A stretch of 64,000 nucleotides of DNA. Origin: Heterodontus francisci (taxonomy: Eukaryota). Below, piece after piece: positions 61,576 to 64,000 of the stretch (its first letter is position 1; the number at the start of each line of letters is the position of its first letter). The notes below the pieces were generated by a model that searched no databases, was not told where the DNA came from, and saw nothing but the letters and a program-made list of their open reading frames with translations. The translations under genes and the position numbers were made by a program. The stretch lies in NCBI RefSeq assembly GCF_036365525.1, contig NC_090404.1, positions 10,230,001 through 10,294,000 on the forward strand, in the 5' to 3' direction.

Positions 61576-61954
61576 CCCAAGCTTGTTCAGTTTGAGTGCA
61601 TGGCTTGTGGGTGTCATAGACTGAACTATAGTGTCTCACTTTACATCCATCTGGAGTTCCTTTGAACCGCCCCTGTATAGATCTCTCTTGTATATGATTT
61701 GAAAACTGTTATTTACTGTATCATTTCACCCTTTTTGGATCTGATTGAGTAAAACCTCTCCACAGATACTGCATGTGAGAGTCTTTGAAATGTTCGGATC
61801 TTTATAATTGTCATTGCTAATTTTGATGGTCTCGTTGATTTAACCTCTTGTTGTTAACTTCCATCCACTATTTCCTTAATCAAGGGAATTGTTGCAAACT
61901 CTTCCTTTATCAGCTCTTTAGCTCCTCCATTGATCCCTGTCAATAATCCTTGGT

Positions 61955-62285
61955 GAGGGTGTAGGGTCAGGGGTTAGTGTTTTGGACTAGTGGTTATTGG
62001 TTAGGGATTGGGGTTATTGATTAGGGTTGGGGTTAGTGGCTAGGATTGGGGTTAGTGGTTATTGGTTGGGATTGGGGTTAGAGATTATTGGTTGGGATTG
62101 GGGTTAGTGGTTATTGGTTGGGATTGGGGTTAGAGATTATTGGTTGGGATTGGGGTTAGTGGTTATTGGTTGGGATTGGGGTTAGTGGTTATTGGTTGGG
62201 GTTCTTGGTTAGGGATTAGGGTTAGAGATTATTGGTTGGGTTTGGGGTTAGTGGTTGTGAGTAGTCAAGAGAATATTAGGTTTAG
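61955..62285 (+). repeat. G/T-rich, telomere-like 26-bp minisatellite
   Basis: Units ggttattggttgggattggggttagt / gattattggttgggattggggttaga, with scattered TTAGGG. Confidence 0.85.
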
Positions 62286-62289
62286 GAAT

Positions 62290-62432
62290 TGCACTGTGGG
62301 TGTACCTACCTCACATGGACTGCAGCGGTTCAAGAAGGCAGCTAACCACCACCTTTTCAAGGGCAATTAAGGATGAGCAATAAATTCTGGCCTGGCCAGT
62401 GACGCCCACATCCCATGAATGAATTAAAAAAA
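62290..62432 (+). mobile_element. Crack-like LINE 3' end
   Basis: gcactgtgggtgtacctac...caagggcaattaaggatgagcaataaattctggcc...cccacatcccatgaatgaat. Confidence 0.85.
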
Positions 62433-62601
62433 TTTAGCGATTAGGGTTTGAAACGACTATTAACAACACCAGTGTCAGTTGACACGTTTTTTTCACTTCG
62501 TGTTTTTTTATGCTCACATTGATGAGTCACAAAACAGCCTCATGAATTTTTCGTTCAGGGAACCTTCTGTCTGGCCCTAGCCCAATTTCTTCCCCTCTTT
62601 C

Positions 62602-63181
62602 ACATAAGGACATAAGAAATAGGAGCAGCGGTAGGCCATTCAGCCCCTCGAGCCTGCCCTGCCATTCAATAAGATCATGGCTGATCTGTCCTAGTCCTCA
62701 ACTCATCTTTCGGGCCTGCTCCGCCTAACCCTCGACTCCCCGAGATTTCAAAAATCTATCTACTTCCTCCTTAAATACATTTAGTGACCTAGCCTCCACA
62801 ACTCTGAGGTAGAGAATTCCAGAGAATCACCACCCTCTGAGAGAAGAAATTCCTTCGCATCTCAGTTTTAAATGTGTGCCCCCTTATTCTGTAATTATGT
62901 CCCCTAGTTCGAGATTCCCCCACTAGTGGAAACATCTTCTCAACATCTACCCTGTCAAGCCCCCTTAAAATCTTATATGTTTCTATAAAATCACCTCTCA
63001 TTCTTCTAAACTCCAATGAATAAAGGCGTAACCTGTTTAGCCATTCTTGATAAGACAATCCCTTCATCCCAGGAATCAGTCTAGTGAACCTTTTCTGAAC
63101 TGCCTTCAATGAAAGTATATCCTTCTTTAAATACGGGGACCAAAACTGTACGCAATACTCCAGGTGTGGCCTCACCAACAT
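62602..63181 (-). mobile_element. CR1 3' fragment
   Basis: ORF 62789-63181 (LVRPHLEYCVQFWSP...). Same subfamily as 164-730. Confidence 0.92.
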
Positions 63182-63283
63182 CCACAGTCACTGACACCAA
63201 TGTCCTCCTGTCTGATATAAACCAACCCCACAGTCACTGACACCAATCTCCCACTGTCTGATATAAACCAACCCCACAGTCAT
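63182..63283. repeat. 46-bp tandem repeat (2.2 copies)
   Basis: ccacagtcactgacaccaat...ctgtctgatataaaccaacc at 63182, 63228 and a partial copy at 63274. Confidence 0.88.
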
Positions 63284-63807
63284 TCTGAGCAGGTGAACGG
63301 TTTCTCTCCAGTGTGAACCCACTGGTGTCTCTGAAGGCTGGAACTCTGAGCGAATCCTTTCCCACAGGCAGAGCAGGTGAATGGTCTTTCCCCAGTGTGA
63401 ACCCGGCGGTGTGTCAAAAGGCTGGATTTCTGTGTGAATTCATCCCCACAAATGTAGCAGCTGAACAGCCTCTCCCCAGTGTGACTATGTTGATGTATTT
63501 CCAGCTCAGACGGGTAACTGAATCCCTTCCCACAGTCCCTACATTTCCATGGTTTCTCCGTGGTGCGGGTGTCTTTGTGTCTTTCCAGCTTGGACGATCA
63601 GTTTGTTCACAAACAGAACACGTGAGCAGTTTCTCCCCGCTGTGAATGGTGCGATGTTTTTCAGGCTTTATAACTAGTGAAAACAGTTCTCCTCCCACAT
63701 TCAAAAGCCAATCATATTCAGGTCCTGAACAATCAAGTGGCTCTGTCAGATCTTGGCGTGATGTTTGGTTTGAGTTTTCTGTTTGGAACTCTTCCCCTTC
63801 TAAGCCC
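63284..63807 (-). pseudogene. Truncated C2H2 zinc-finger pseudogene (unit 6)
   Basis: Acceptor cttttaCAG (rc 63808-63816), leader GLEGEEFQTENSNQ..., MEKP-type finger start and about three fingers, cut off at the 46-bp repeat. Confidence 0.85.
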
Positions 63808-63874
63808 CTGTAAAAGGAGCTTACAAAAGCCATTACTGTCAGTTAGGATAGAAATTCACAACTTTCTCTCCTGC

Positions 63875-64000
63875 TTCCTGGCCCAGGATGGCCGCGCATA
63901 TGTCCTGTTGCACGTTGCTTGCTATAAAATGGCGGCCATTAACCTGGGCCTGTCACCAGGAGAAGCCCTGCAGCTGCCGCCGCACACGGTGCAAACTCAA
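63875..64000 (-). promoter_or_regulatory. Promoter/first-intron module of unit 6
   Basis: Matches the reverse complement of 8385-8470 (cccaggatggccgcgcat...aaaatRgcggccRttaa...tcacc...gagaagcc). YY1-type AAAATGGCGGC 63926-63936. Confidence 0.65.

Noticed and set aside
63182-63283. Short direct repeats resembling a CRISPR array (also 56315-56500)
   Set aside because: Contiguous tandem units without unique spacers, in a eukaryotic context with no cas genes.

Overview
Vertebrate genomic DNA, very probably from a cartilaginous fish (shark-type V-SINE/HE1-like SINEs, abundant CR1 LINEs). It holds a cluster of small C2H2 zinc-finger genes with no recognisable effector domain, embedded in a dense, nested retroelement matrix. 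Six finger-array units are visible: 9.1-11.3 kb (+), 21.5-24.6 kb (+, broken), 31.0-32.1 kb (+), 49.1-50.2 kb (-, frameshifted), 58.9-59.9 kb (+, intact) and 63.3-63.8 kb (-, truncated). There is also an orphan 3' trailer (4.5-5.4 kb) and orphan promoter remnants. The units are built from shared parts: a CpG promoter with a non-coding first exon, a TTTTACAG acceptor plus ~130-nt leader, a finger array, and a conserved 3' trailer. Repeats include CR1, a second CR1/L2-group LINE family, L1/Tx1, RTE, Vingi/Ingi-like, L2, Penelope-like elements with minimal hammerhead-ribozyme motifs, V-SINEs, DeuSINE fragments and possible solo LTRs. The three most notable signals are: (1) an ORF1-less LINE whose 5' end is a tRNA-derived Pol III head, with SINEs that are internal-deletion derivatives of it; (2) the modular, partly head-to-head zinc-finger cassette system with relic fingers in the 5' leader; (3) dispersed hammerhead-bearing Penelope tails. 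Repeat boundaries were read by eye and are approximate (about +/-20-30 nt); no database searches were run.
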